Positions 9,781-20,015 of a stretch of DNA of 64,000 nt are shown here, in pieces. The notes under the pieces are model-generated. The model did not search any database. It was not told the DNA's origin and was given only the letters and a program-made list of their open reading frames with translations. Origin of the DNA: an uncultured Candidatus Binatia bacterium (GTDB lineage: Bacteria > Desulfobacterota > Binatia > UBA9968 > CAXXLF01). The stretch lies in the NCBI GenBank assembly GCA_965218425.1, contig OZ244621.1, forward strand, positions 2,304,001-2,368,000. Reading direction: 5' to 3'. How positions within the stretch are numbered: position 1 is the first letter of the stretch; each line of letters starts with the position of its first letter. The position numbers and the translations under genes were made by a program.

Positions 9781-11343
9781 CTATTTATCCAGCCAGAGGT
9801 AATTGAGCCCGCCGCCATGGTAGCGGAAGTGACCCCCACTATCCGTATTGAAGCCCTTGACGTAGTCCCGGAACATAAAAAAGCGGGGTGTAAAGCCGAT
9901 GGGTATATCCGGTATGTCTTCGGTCACTTTGGCGACAATTTTTTGAAAGAGTTCCTTCCGCTTCTCGGGATCGGACTCGACCTCGGCCTGTTTAATGAAT
10001 GAGTCCATCTCCTTGTCGCAGTAACCGGCTGAATTTGCGGCCCGTTTCTTCAGATCGTGTTCGCATATGAACTCAGGCCCATACGTAGGGTAAGGATCGG
10101 GATCGAATGAACCCCCGGAAAACCTCAAGGCGAAATCGCCTGAGCGTTGGCTTGCGACATAGGCACTGTAGTCCATGACCTGAAGGACGACCTTCAAGCC
10201 GATCTTTTTAAGCTGGGCCTGAAGCGTTGCCCCTTCGGTTTCCATGTCTTCGCCCTGCCGCCCCGTGATCGCGATCGGCTCTCCCTTATAGCCGGATTCC
10301 TTCAGGAGGGCTTTGGCCTTTTTGAGATCCAGCTTCGGCGTAGGTATCCCCTTGAAATGCCAGACATGCCCCTTGGGATATAGTTGGTTGGTAGTTTCTC
10401 CAAACCCAAAATAGGCTGCCTCTAGAATTTCCTTTTTGTTGATGGCATGGGCTACGGCCTGGCGCAGCTTCTTGTTGTTGAAGGGCGCGCCTGCGACGTT
10501 AAAGTTGAGGTGGCGATAACCGGCATGAGGGGCTTGCACATGGCGGATCCCTTTGATCTTGCCATTGAGGACCTGCTTCACCCACTCGTAGGGAGCCCGC
10601 TCGATGATGTCCACGTCTCCCGCGCGCAATGCCGTGAAGCGCACGGTGGAATTCCGGATGGGCCTGATTACGAGCTTGTCGATGAAGGCCTTGTGCCCCC
10701 AATAGCCGTCATAGCGTTCGAGGACGATTCGCTGCCTGGCCCGCCACTCAACGAACTTGAACGGCCCGGTCCCCGGGGGAAACGAGCTGGGCTTGGAAAT
10801 ACCCGCTTGCACGGATTCTTTGGGGATGACGGAAAAGGCGCGGATGTCCGAAAGCAGCGAAAGAAACGCCGGGCTGGCTTTTTTCAGGGAAATCTTCAGC
10901 GTATGTTTATCTACGGCTTCCGCCCGCTCAACCAGGGTGAGCCGGACAAAACCGTAGGCTCCATTCTTGGGATTCTTCGTGTAGTCGATGGCGAACTTCG
11001 CGTCTTCTGCCGTCACCTCCCGGCCGTTGTGGAATTTGACTCCTTTGCGCAGCCGGAACGTATATTGCCTGCCGTCCTTGGAGATCTCCCACGACTCGGC
11101 GAGGTTCGGGCGAATTTTTCCCTCTAGATCAATGGTCAAGAGCGACTCGAACATGAGGTCACGGAGGGATTTATCGGTGGATGAAGTTCTGACCAGAGGG
11201 TTCATCATGGTCAGATCCTTACGGGTTGAAAAGGTTAAAGTGCCGCCCCGCTTGGGTTGGCCTTGCGCGTTACCGGCCGGCGCCGCAAGGGCCAATAAGA
11301 AGGATGATAAAACTAGGCCTGCAATAATATTCCATTGCTTCAT
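9781..11343 (-). CDS. ABC transporter substrate-binding protein, family 5 (DppA/OppA-like), orphan
   Basis: Signal peptide, PKRGGTL, 'LAESWEIS.DG..YTFRLRKGVKFHNG', GTGPFKF. Confidence 0.92.
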   Translation of the reverse strand: MKQWNIIAGLVLSSFLLALAAPAGNAQGQPKRGGTLTFSTRKDLTMMNPLVRTSSTDKSLRDLMFESLLTIDLEGKIRPNLAESWEISKDGRQYTFRLRKGVKFHNGREVTAEDAKFAIDYTKNPKNGAYGFVRLTLVERAEAVDKHTLKISLKKASPAFLSLLSDIRAFSVIPKESVQAGISKPSSFPPGTGPFKFVEWRARQRIVLERYDGYWGHKAFIDKLVIRPIRNSTVRFTALRAGDVDIIERAPYEWVKQVLNGKIKGIRHVQAPHAGYRHLNFNVAGAPFNNKKLRQAVAHAINKKEILEAAYFGFGETTNQLYPKGHVWHFKGIPTPKLDLKKAKALLKESGYKGEPIAITGRQGEDMETEGATLQAQLKKIGLKVVLQVMDYSAYVASQRSGDFALRFSGGSFDPDPYPTYGPEFICEHDLKKRAANSAGYCDKEMDSFIKQAEVESDPEKRKELFQKIVAKVTEDIPDIPIGFTPRFFMFRDYVKGFNTDSGGHFRYHGGGLNYLWLDK

Positions 11344-11393
11344 GGTAAAGCCCTCCTTTTGAAGCGATTGATTACCATTAGGTCATGGCCATG

Positions 11394-11606
11394 TCAATAT
11401 CTCGCCCGCCGGCCGGTCTTGCCGTCGGGGAGATGGATCGCGGCGTCGAACCGGGCGGCGGCATCGGCGTGGTCGATTTCGTCGATCGGCCTCCTGCCGA
11501 AGGCGGGGAGGATGCGGGCCTTGAGATAGATGCGCGCGGTCTTGCGCCCGGAGGGTTTCCAATTGGGGTCGGGGCGGCGCAGATATTGCTCGGCGAACGC
11601 CTTGAA
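11394..11606 (-). pseudogene. Tyrosine integrase remnant (core-binding domain fused by deletion to a catalytic-domain scrap)
   Basis: Manual translation: FKAFAEQYLRRPDPNWKPSGRKTARIYLKARILPAFGRRPIDEIDHADAAARFDAA-IHLPDGKTGRR. Confidence 0.65.
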
Positions 11607-11688
11607 AGATTGAAACAGCCAAGGTCTTGTTGTACCGATCTTTCAGTTCCTGTAGCGTCGGCCTTAACGGGCCGGTGAGGATTGAAAT

Positions 11689-12427
11689 ATGATCAAGGCT
11701 GCATTCCTGACCTGTTTGACGGTCGTGCACGCGATCCTGTTGGCAAGCGCCGCCGGGGCCCGGTCGATGGAAGCGGCGCACGCCGCATTCGCCGAAGGCC
11801 GATTTGTCAAGGCCGCCGAGATCGGCCAAGCCCTCAAGACATCCGACGGATATGCGCTGGCGGCCAAGTCGCTGGCGATACACGGCTACTTAATCGCAAA
11901 AGAGGAAGAGAAGCAGGCTTTGTTCGACCGCGCCATGCTGTTGGCGGAAGAGGCGGTCCGGCTCGACGCGGCCAATCCGGAGGCCCATCTCCAGTCGGCC
12001 CATGCCATGGGCCGATACGCGCAGACAATCGGCATGTTGCAAGCAGTCAGTGGAGGATATGCGACGAAGGTGCGCGAGGCCGTCGGAGAGGCGCTACGGC
12101 TGGACCCGAAAATGGCGGCCGCTCATTTGGGCCTGGCCACGTGGCACGCGGAACTCGTCAACGGCGCGGGTTTAATGTCCGGTTTTCTTTATGGGGCTAC
12201 CGAAAAGCAAGCTCATGCACACTACGAGCGGACCCTTGAGCTTGCGCCCGATGAAAAGGTGGCGTTTGTCGAATACGCGTTCGGCCTTTTGCTGATGGGC
12301 GACCATAAACCGCGAGCAGGCGCGTGATTTGCTCATGAGCGCGATCAAGATGCCGTCCAAGGACGCTTTCGACCGTCTCATTCACCAAAAGGCGGTGGAG
12401 CGACTGGCGTCCCTCGACGGCAGGTAG
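11689..12427 (+). CDS. Exported TPR-like helical-repeat protein; frameshift in an A-run near 12308
   Basis: Signal peptide and TPR-like helices (EAVRLDAANPEAHL, EALRLDPKMAAAHLGLA). Continues in another frame as NREQARDLLMSAIKMPSKDAFDRLIHQKAVERLASLDGR*. Confidence 0.7.
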
Positions 12428-12507
12428 TCAAGTCGAAGAAGTTCGAAGTCTGAAGTTTGAAAATAGGGCAAAGGCTTTTCTTCTCCCTATAATCCGCACC
12501 GCGACGC

Positions 12508-12880
12508 TTACGGGATAACCTCAAAGCTCATTTGCCGGAGGTGATGGTCCAACGTCAATGCCCGGCAAATTCGCAATTCTCGCATGAGAACAAAGCCGCG
12601 GCAGTTGGTAAAGGGGAACTCCTTGTCCCGGTAGCGGAAGAAGGGCGACCGTGCCAATTCTCTTCGTGCTTCGTCAATGGACTCGATCCGCAGTCGCGCC
12701 GCGCCGTCGATTTGCGGCTACCAAGCTTCAGCGGCATCAAGACCAAGGCGGAACCGGATGGTGGTTAACGTCTCGTCGATCACATAGTCGGTGGTCGCTA
12801 GCGCGCCTCCCTCCGATAACCGTTGACCCCGAGCTTGCCGTATGGCCGAGTTCGCGGCATCGGTGCGGTCGGTGGCGGCA
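12508..12880 (-). pseudogene. vapC: PIN-domain (VapC) toxin pseudogene
   Basis: Manual translation: ...LATTDYVIDETLTTIRFRLGLDAAEAW*PQIDG...RYRDKEFPFTNCRGFVLMRELRICRALTLDHHLRQMSFEVIP*. Internal stop; N-terminus eroded. Confidence 0.75.
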
Positions 12881-13064
12881 ATCTACTTTTGAGGACCAAG
12901 GTCTGAATGCCAGACCTATTCATCGGATATTTCACGTCTCAAATAGTGACACAAGGAACCGATTCCCGGTCAACCGGACGTTCAGCTTCAGCCAAGTTTC
13001 GAAGCGGCGTTGCCAAGGAGACTTCTCGCCTCCTCGAAGGATGTAATGCGAAGAGGACCGAGCA

Positions 13065-13412
13065 CGCCGGCGTCTCGGCGGCCTCCGTTTGGCAGAAGAA
13101 AAACCGCCGGCTATCGAACTCCTCCGGGTCCGTCCAGTGCTCCAACAGTCGCTTGGTAATTCCCGTAACGCCCGGATACCCGGCTTCGCGCCATGCCCGC
13201 ACGCACGGCCGAATCCGGTTGACCAGAGGGATCTCGATGAAATGGCCCGGGTCATCGAATGATCGGGAGCCCTCCGAGGCAATGACGTATCCGGCCGGGC
13301 GACGACCTTCTGCAAGATCGAACAGATGCGTCGTCCGATCGTAACTCCAGTGCCGGGCCGGCTCCTCGTAGGGTGAGTTGACGATCAGCTGGTCAATAGT
13401 TGTTCGCGCCAT
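13065..13412 (-). pseudogene. N-terminal fragment of a type III restriction (Res) subunit
   Basis: IDQLIVNSPYEEPARHW...GRRPAGY...LVNRIR..VRAWREAGYPGVTGITKRLLEHW...FFFCQ.EAAET; resemblance ends before the helicase motifs. Confidence 0.8.
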
Positions 13413-13414
13413 TA

Positions 13415-13587
13415 TCAGCCCTGTGAAGGAATGTCAGGCTCAGGCGGCACGAGTGGTTCGAGCAGGGCGATCAACCTTGGCAGGTCTTCCCGCACCGTTT
13501 GCCACACAATATCAAGGTTTATGCTGAAATACGCATGCCGACGATTTCCTCCCACGGAATGGCTGACAACTGTCCGCGAGTGGTTTC
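13415..13587 (-). pseudogene. HepT-like (DUF86/HEPN) RNase toxin, C-terminal fragment
   Basis: ETTRGQLSAIPWEEIVGMR, then a frame change, then HAYFSINLDIVWQTVREDLPRLIALLE. Confidence 0.8.
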
Positions 13588-13908
13588 GATTATCTGTAGT
13601 GGGGTCGGGTAGAGGGCCTAAGGTCCAGGGGCACGTTCCGGCTGAGTAGATCCGTGACCGCATGACCGTGTCGTCCAAAGTGAGCCTTCGCGTCAGCCGC
13701 ACACGATCTTGCGGGCCTTCCAGCGTTTTCCGGTTCAGCAGCCGTTTCTGATACACCACCTGATTCTGTTCATCGATCAGTCCCACGACACTGTTGTTAG
13801 AGTGCAAGTCGATGACACCGTACAATTGCATAAGCTCCCTCCTTGAGTTGTAATGTTGGTTATCAAACCAACTTACCGCCTCTTGGTGGAGCCTTCTAAA
13901 TGATTATC
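13588..13908 (-). mobile_element. Internally deleted IS110-family element
   Basis: RBS GGAGG then MQLYGVIDLHSNNSVVGLIDEQNQVVYQKRL (IS110 DEDD N-terminus, 13831 to ~13740). Upstream hairpin GTTGGTT-TGAT-AACCAAC. GATTATC is directly repeated at 13588 and 13902. Confidence 0.65.
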
Positions 13909-14012
13909 AAATCTTTTGCTGACAAATTAGTGGTCCAGCTTGCAGCTGAAAACCGATGGCCCGTCATTTAGATTTGATGCCGGCGGTCAAGTAGATAAGG
14001 GGTTTTTCACCT

Positions 14013-14275
14013 TTAGTTAAGGATGTCTTTGAAAATATGCGGGGGAGCTACTCCGGAACCGGAGGTGAACCAGAGCATAGGTCCGAACTGTTGGATGGCC
14101 AGGTTCCCGCTGAAGTAGAGCCCCGGGATACTTGACTGGAAATGTTCGTCCAGGAGGGGGAATCCTCCGGATACCTTCAGGTGAATAAGAATAGTTTCAT
14201 AATCTAGAAAAAAGAGGTTGGATACCGCAGGCCGAAAACCCGTGCCTAGGATGATATGGTCCGCCTCCAGCGGCT
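14013..14275 (-). pseudogene. C-terminal fragment of an FAD/NAD(P)-dependent oxidoreductase
   Basis: Manual translation: LEADHIILGTGFRP...GFPLLDEHFQSSIPGLYFSGNLAIQQFGPMLWFTSG...ILN*. Confidence 0.7.
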
Positions 14276-14281
14276 GCGGAG

Positions 14282-15406
14282 TTAAGGCTCGCCGTAAAAA
14301 CGCACGGCGTTGTCGTACAGGAATTTTCCCTTCTGTGCCTTCGTGAGGTCGGTTCGGTTCACCAGCTCCGTCGCCGCGTTCTCCCTTGCCTCGCCGTGCG
14401 GAAAGTCTGAAGCGAAAAGCACGTGGTTTTCACCCATGAGCTCGATCTCACCGGGCAAGAGCGGGTCCTCGGCCTCCGGGGCCACGAACAACTTTCCCGA
14501 TTTGAGATAGTGTCCGATATCTCTCTGCGGCAGTGTCTTTATCGCCGCGTCTGTCCGGTAGGTTGGAAGATAGTGGCCAATACGCCCCGCCATGTAAAAT
14601 AGCCACTCGGCTCCAAATTCCAAGAAGGCTACCTTTAAGTCGGGATACTTGTCGAGCATGCCATGTCCCACCACCGCCACAAAAGCAAGTACCGCGGGGA
14701 GGGACATTCCGATGGCATGGGCATCGAGTCTGCTCTGGCAGAGGCGCTCGAAGGGAGGGAAGCTCATTCCCATGTGGACGCAGAGCGGAAGCCCGCTATG
14801 GGCCAATTCATCCCAGACAGGACCGAAGGTGGAATCAGACAACATGCACTCCCCCGCTGTTCCGTATACAACCGCGGCGCTTGCCCCCATTCCCAGCATC
14901 TCTTGGAGAGCCTCGCACCCTTGTCGGGAATCACGCAGAGGCAGGAGGCCGGCCCACTTGAGCCGCTTTGAGAAGTGGGTACACTGGCGTCCGACGTAGC
15001 GGTTATAGGCTCGAAACAGGACCGCTTCGAAGGTTGGGTCCGACGTAGCATTGGCATACAGCGTCGTGGGAAATACAAATTGAACATCAATTCCTGCCCT
15101 GTCCAGTTCACGAATTCGAGACTCCGGGTTCGACAGGTCAAGACTTTCTACGACCTGCGGTGATGCGCCGAACTCCTCAAGGACATCCGTTGGCTTATTG
15201 GCGCCTTGAGTAGCCGGCCCAAATGGGTGAGGCTGCATTCGACCATCCATCAGCCACCCTGTGTTCCATCTGCCCATACCGTCGTGGTCAGAGACTCTTA
15301 CGGCACGAGGACGCCGCGCCGCGTACTCGGGAGGCAGGTCTTCCCACATCTTGGGACTCAAAATTACATGCGCATCAGCATCGTAAATGCGATAGTCCTG
15401 AAACAT
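14282..15406 (-). CDS. Amidohydrolase family 2 protein
   Basis: DADAH metal motif, PLCVH, 'YPDLKVAFLE.G', FASDFPH, 'DNAVRFY'. Confidence 0.9.
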   Translation of the reverse strand: MFQDYRIYDADAHVILSPKMWEDLPPEYAARRPRAVRVSDHDGMGRWNTGWLMDGRMQPHPFGPATQGANKPTDVLEEFGASPQVVESLDLSNPESRIRELDRAGIDVQFVFPTTLYANATSDPTFEAVLFRAYNRYVGRQCTHFSKRLKWAGLLPLRDSRQGCEALQEMLGMGASAAVVYGTAGECMLSDSTFGPVWDELAHSGLPLCVHMGMSFPPFERLCQSRLDAHAIGMSLPAVLAFVAVVGHGMLDKYPDLKVAFLEFGAEWLFYMAGRIGHYLPTYRTDAAIKTLPQRDIGHYLKSGKLFVAPEAEDPLLPGEIELMGENHVLFASDFPHGEARENAATELVNRTDLTKAQKGKFLYDNAVRFYGEP

Positions 15407-15749
15407 ATTTACCGTCCCCCGTCAGCAAAATGATTTCCCAAACATTCTCTACATGAGTATGAACACTTGGCGCGCCCCATAAATGTTTCCGGTCAGTCCA
15501 CGCCCCGTCCCTTTAGCAGAAAAGAGTGTCCGACATCAAGCTACTAGGTCAATTCCCTATATACGCTTCCTTAGCATTGTGTTTTTGATATCGAAATTAT
15601 CGGTCTAACAGCCAAATTTGGTTGTGCTGCAATTTTCAGATTTAAAAACAGTCAATTGGCTTGGTCCAGCGCGGCGTGGAAGAAAGATTGTCAAGATATC
15701 CAGGCCCGACCCCTTGACCTTCCACTTCGATAGGCCATAAGGGTCTTTA

Positions 15750-16080
15750 TTGTCCGACCTTGTCGGTTGGCTCCAAAATAATCCACCTTCAATAAATGGG
15801 TGCCGATCTTTAAAAGAGCCCGAGAGGTTCTTTAATTCCTTAGGAGTCGCTGGACTCCCGCGCACCTTTAGTTTGCCCTCTTTTTTTGCCGCTCGATCCG
15901 GGGCTTGGGCAATTGGAGCTCTTGGTCGATCCCGTCCAGAATGGAAGGGTCAAGCTTGAATCGTTCCAGCAGCTCCGGCGTTGATTTCGGTATTTGCGCG
16001 GTAAACCCATTTTGCGGGAGTATTAGCAAGAGGGCCAGGAAGCATAAAGAGCCCGTAAGTTTCTTGGAGTTTTTTACCAT
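15750..16080 (-). pseudogene. ABC transporter substrate-binding protein, N-terminal remnant
   Basis: Signal peptide MVKNSKKLTGSLCFLALLL; after a frameshift reads AKKEGKLKVRGS...FKDRHPFIE; then truncated. Confidence 0.55.
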
Positions 16081-16391
16081 GGCCTTTCTCCTTTCGTGGA
16101 GCCCACGCATAATAGTTCCACTTGGATTCTGTCGAGGCGCGTCCTCCCAGCGAACCGTATCTCAGTATTTTATTGACAATTGACATGCATTCGAAGCTTT
16201 ACTAGAGGTTACCTGAGGCAGGAACTCTCCAAACATTAGCGAAACTTTCGGTAGGATATGAGGCCAGCGAGGGCGGGGAGCGGCAAGGACCAATAATTTC
16301 CAAAGGTTTATTAGCCGGCCGGGATTGTAGGATTCCCTGATCCGAATTCTGTTAAAGGTTTTTAACGGGAGGCTCTTGAAGAGTTAAGAAA

Positions 16392-18707
16392 GTGAAAATG
16401 AATAACACAAGTTCTGTAACAGGTCAGGCAAGATCGGCAGACATCGCGCGGGCCCTCAAGGTTTCCGAGCAACGCCTCGATGGCCCGTTAAAGGTGAGTG
16501 GACAGGCGCGTTTCACAGCTGACGTATGCCTCCCGGGGATGTTGTGGGCCAAGTTTCTATTGAGCCCTGTAGCCCACGCGCGCGTCGTTTCTGTTGACGT
16601 ATCAGCCGCCAAAGCGTTCCCGGATGTGCATGCTGTGCTGACGGGTGCTGATATTGGCCAAAGACGGTTCGGCCGCCAATATTATGATTGGCCAGTGCTG
16701 GCAACCGACCGAGTAAGGTTCATCGGTGATCGAGTGGCCGCAGTGGCGGCCACGAGCCCGGAGGTTGCTGAGGAAGCAGTGAATCTTATTAAATTCGAGT
16801 ATGAAGAGCTTCCTTCTGTCTTTGATCCAGAAGCTGCTCTGGGCGATAACACACCCATCCTGCATCCTGACCGGTCAGAGTACTATTACCGGTCAGGTCA
16901 GTTTCCGGCAGTGCCCCACCCGAACCTGCAAGGGCATCGGCTGATACAGAAAGGTGATTTGGACATTGAGGGGGCTTTTGCCCGGGCTGACCGCGTCTTC
17001 GAGGACATCTACACGGCTCCACGTCAGCATCAGGGCTTTATCGAACCGCATACAGCCGTAGTCTGGATTGAATCCGATGGAACGGTGCGCGTCGTGTCGA
17101 CCAATAAATCTCCGTTCCTGTTAAGGCATCAATTGTCAGTGGTCACTGGAGTTGTTCCCGAGCGGATCATGGTTGACAGCATGTATATCGGCGGTGACTT
17201 TGGTGGCAAGGGGCTCTCAATCGACGAGTTTGCCTGTTATTACCTAGCTCAGGCAACCAGCCTTCCCGTAAAATCGGTTATGTCATACACGGATGAACTA
17301 CAAGCCTCGAACCCATTGCACTCCGCCAAATTCTATTTGCGTACAGGAGTAACCAAAGATGGCCACATCATTGCGCACCAATCCCGCGTGTTCTTTAATG
17401 GCGGCGCCTATGCTGCGGGGAAACCAATTCCAGGCCTAACTCCTCCGTCTGGGTGGGGTGCCCTTGAGGTTTACAACGTGCCCAACGCCCGAATGGAGAC
17501 CTTCCTCTGCTACACCAACACGGTCCCGGCTGGGCAAAGGCGGGCTACCGGCGCTGTGTTCTCCGCGCTGGCAGGCGAGGGGCATGTGGATCATATTGCG
17601 CGAGAATTGCAGATGGACCCGCTGAACTTCCGGCTCGCGAATGCGATTCGTGACGGCGACACGGGCCTCGCAGGGGAAGGTATAAGGAACCCAAGGGTTC
17701 TCGCTGTACTGGAAGCGATTCGAGGCAAAACAAAGTGGGGTAGGAAAGCCAAGCGACCAAACCATGGACGTGGGATAGCGATACGTCGGAGCCATGTAGG
17801 CCAAGGCAAAACGGAGACTGCCTTTCACCTTCGCCCCGTAGGAAAAATTGAAACGGTCTACGGGACGCCGGATCAAGGTAGCGGTTCCCACACGGTGATC
17901 CAGCGAATCGCAGCCGCTGTGCTTTCAGTCAAACCCGAGCGAATTCTGGTAAAATATGAGACGACCGCAAAGGCACCTTACGATCCAGACGGCGCGGGTT
18001 CGAGCCGGGTGACCCATATTGCAGGGCAGAGCGCAATCTCGGGGGCGACAAAACTTAAGGAGAAGTTAGAGCATCTTGCCTCGGAGGTAATGGGCTGGCC
18101 TGCAGGCAAGGTCAGCCTCAAGCAGGACAGGTTTGTGGTCGGTCGTGGATCCTCGAATTGGGCGAGCTTTGAAGAGGTTACAGACCGCATTTTACTTCAA
18201 GGGCCAGTAGAGGTCCTCGGCTCGTATGATAGCAGCAGCCAACAACCGGAAGCTCGCGACTTTAATTTCTGCGCGTACATGATTGAGGTCCGAATAGATC
18301 CAGTCACTGGTCAAGTTCACCCCATCGAGGCGGTCATGGCTGTGGACGTTGGGACCATCATCAACCCAATTGCCCACCAGGGTCAACTGGAAGGCAACTT
18401 TGTCTTCGGGCTGAGTAGCGCATTGATGGAAGAGTTACTTGTCGAGGATGGGAAAGTTACCAATCTAAGTCTGGGCGAGTATAAACTTCCGACAACAATG
18501 GACATACCTCCGTTACAAACTGTCTTAGTGCCCACTGACATCGGACCCGGCCCCTTCGGGGCTAAATCAGTGGGTGAGATCGCAAACAGCGCAGTTGTTC
18601 CTGCTATTGCCAATGCTGTGTACGACGCGGTCGGGTGCCGTGTCATGACCTTACCCATCACTGCGGAAAGAGTGTTCAAAGCCCTCAGAAAATCAGACAA
18701 GGCGTGA
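16392..18707 (+). CDS. Xanthine dehydrogenase family molybdopterin-binding subunit (CoxL/CutL-like)
   Basis: KVSGQARFTAD, HQGFIEPH, IGGDFGGK, DQGSG, DVGTIINP, GPFGAKSVGE, PITAERV. Confidence 0.93.
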   Translation: MKMNNTSSVTGQARSADIARALKVSEQRLDGPLKVSGQARFTADVCLPGMLWAKFLLSPVAHARVVSVDVSAAKAFPDVHAVLTGADIGQRRFGRQYYDWPVLATDRVRFIGDRVAAVAATSPEVAEEAVNLIKFEYEELPSVFDPEAALGDNTPILHPDRSEYYYRSGQFPAVPHPNLQGHRLIQKGDLDIEGAFARADRVFEDIYTAPRQHQGFIEPHTAVVWIESDGTVRVVSTNKSPFLLRHQLSVVTGVVPERIMVDSMYIGGDFGGKGLSIDEFACYYLAQATSLPVKSVMSYTDELQASNPLHSAKFYLRTGVTKDGHIIAHQSRVFFNGGAYAAGKPIPGLTPPSGWGALEVYNVPNARMETFLCYTNTVPAGQRRATGAVFSALAGEGHVDHIARELQMDPLNFRLANAIRDGDTGLAGEGIRNPRVLAVLEAIRGKTKWGRKAKRPNHGRGIAIRRSHVGQGKTETAFHLRPVGKIETVYGTPDQGSGSHTVIQRIAAAVLSVKPERILVKYETTAKAPYDPDGAGSSRVTHIAGQSAISGATKLKEKLEHLASEVMGWPAGKVSLKQDRFVVGRGSSNWASFEEVTDRILLQGPVEVLGSYDSSSQQPEARDFNFCAYMIEVRIDPVTGQVHPIEAVMAVDVGTIINPIAHQGQLEGNFVFGLSSALMEELLVEDGKVTNLSLGEYKLPTTMDIPPLQTVLVPTDIGPGPFGAKSVGEIANSAVVPAIANAVYDAVGCRVMTLPITAERVFKALRKSDKA

Positions 18708-18745
18708 ATCGCCTGACCTAGGGAACCCCTGGCGGTTTCTTGTTC

Positions 18746-19536
18746 TTATCGTAATAAATAGGTGGCGGTAAACTCGGGTTTGCGACGCTCGGTGAAGGCA
18801 GCGGACCCTTCATCATAGGCTTTGCTCTGGCGCAGGTGTGCGTAGTACTCACGATGCACTTTGAACCCTTCTTCCCAGCCCTGGATATCGTACAACAGTT
18901 TGTAGATGTACTCTTTGGTATGAGCGGCGATGAGTCTTCCGTTCCGATTGATGGTTGTGCATAGTTTCATGCAGTCATCAACCAGCTTGTCGGGTTCACA
19001 GATCTTTTGCACCAACCCGAGTCGAAAGGCCGTCTCGGCGTCAACCATTTGGCCGGTGAAGGCAAACCAGAAGGCCCGGCCCGAGGTGAGGGTTGTCAAG
19101 TATGAAGGCCAAGCAGCCAGATGAGACCAACGGACCTCAGAGCAACCGAATTTCGCCTGTGGGACACAGTATCGAACGTCGCAGTTCAGGGCGAGACTGA
19201 AGCCGCCACCGACGGCAAAGCCGTTGATCGCGGCGATAACCGGCTTGTTCATCTCCAGGTCGCGCAGGTTCGAGTAATTCCGATTTCCAAAGCGTGGTTT
19301 TGAAACTCACCTCTTGCCGCGGCCAGGTTTTCTTTCAAGTCCCCACCCGCGCAAAAGGAATCCCCGGAGCCGGTTAAAATAATGGTCCAGACATCGTCGT
19401 CGTCCTTGGCCCTTTGCCACGCCTCGTCCAAAGCCCGGTGAAGGTCACTGCTGATGGAATTCTTTTTCTCTGGACGATTGAGCTGAATGATTGCCGTATG
19501 TGGCTCTCGTTTTTCGTAGATTAGAAGGTCTGCCAT
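18746..19536 (-). CDS. Enoyl-CoA hydratase/isomerase family protein; single frameshift in an A-run near 19300
   Basis: LNRPEKKN and FCAGGDLKE in 19249-19536; KPVIAAINGFAVGGG in 18746-19252. Adding one A in CAAAACC joins the two frames. Confidence 0.85.
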
Positions 19537-19613
19537 GGCCGCTCCCTTTTTCTGATACAGAAGACCATCGGATTAAATGGATGCCTAATCTCAGGATCCA
19601 ATGGTTCGATCGT

Positions 19614-20015
19614 CTATTCATGAATGTCGATGAACACGCAATCGAGGTCAGACAGGTGGGACTTCCCGTAGCGACAGGTTGCTAATAGCGCGAGTCTTGC
19701 CTCCCTATCCGGACCCAGCCCTACCGGCTTTGCGGCGCTGGACGGGTCGGACTTCTCTAGATTTTCTAAATCCTTTCTTACGGTATCGATGCTTTCGACT
19801 TTGAAACCTACATGGTCCAAACTGGGTTTCTCGATCCCTGTCCCTTTGAAATTCGTGATGTCCCAAGAATTAATTACTAGAGTTACCCTCCCATCGGTCA
19901 GGTAATAATTAGAATCCTCCAGTGCTTTGTCCTCCTCTTCGAGTTCAAATATCTCCCGATAAAACCGTGCAATTTCTGGCGGATCTAGGACACGCAATAC
20001 GAAGTGGTCTATAGG
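19614..20015 (-). pseudogene. VOC/glyoxalase family protein, C-terminal domain only
   Basis: IDHFVLRV...ARFYREIF, LTDGRVTL, LDHVGFKVES; 5' end is cut at a palindrome at 20023-20043. Confidence 0.7.

Noticed and set aside
13415..13831. 138-aa ORF as a novel IS110-HEPN fusion protein
   Set aside because: Chance in-frame join of a transposase stub, non-coding sequence and a toxin tail lacking its catalytic motif.
16392..18707. Aerobic CO dehydrogenase CoxL
   Set aside because: Lacks the AYxCSFR signature and has no coxM/coxS neighbours.
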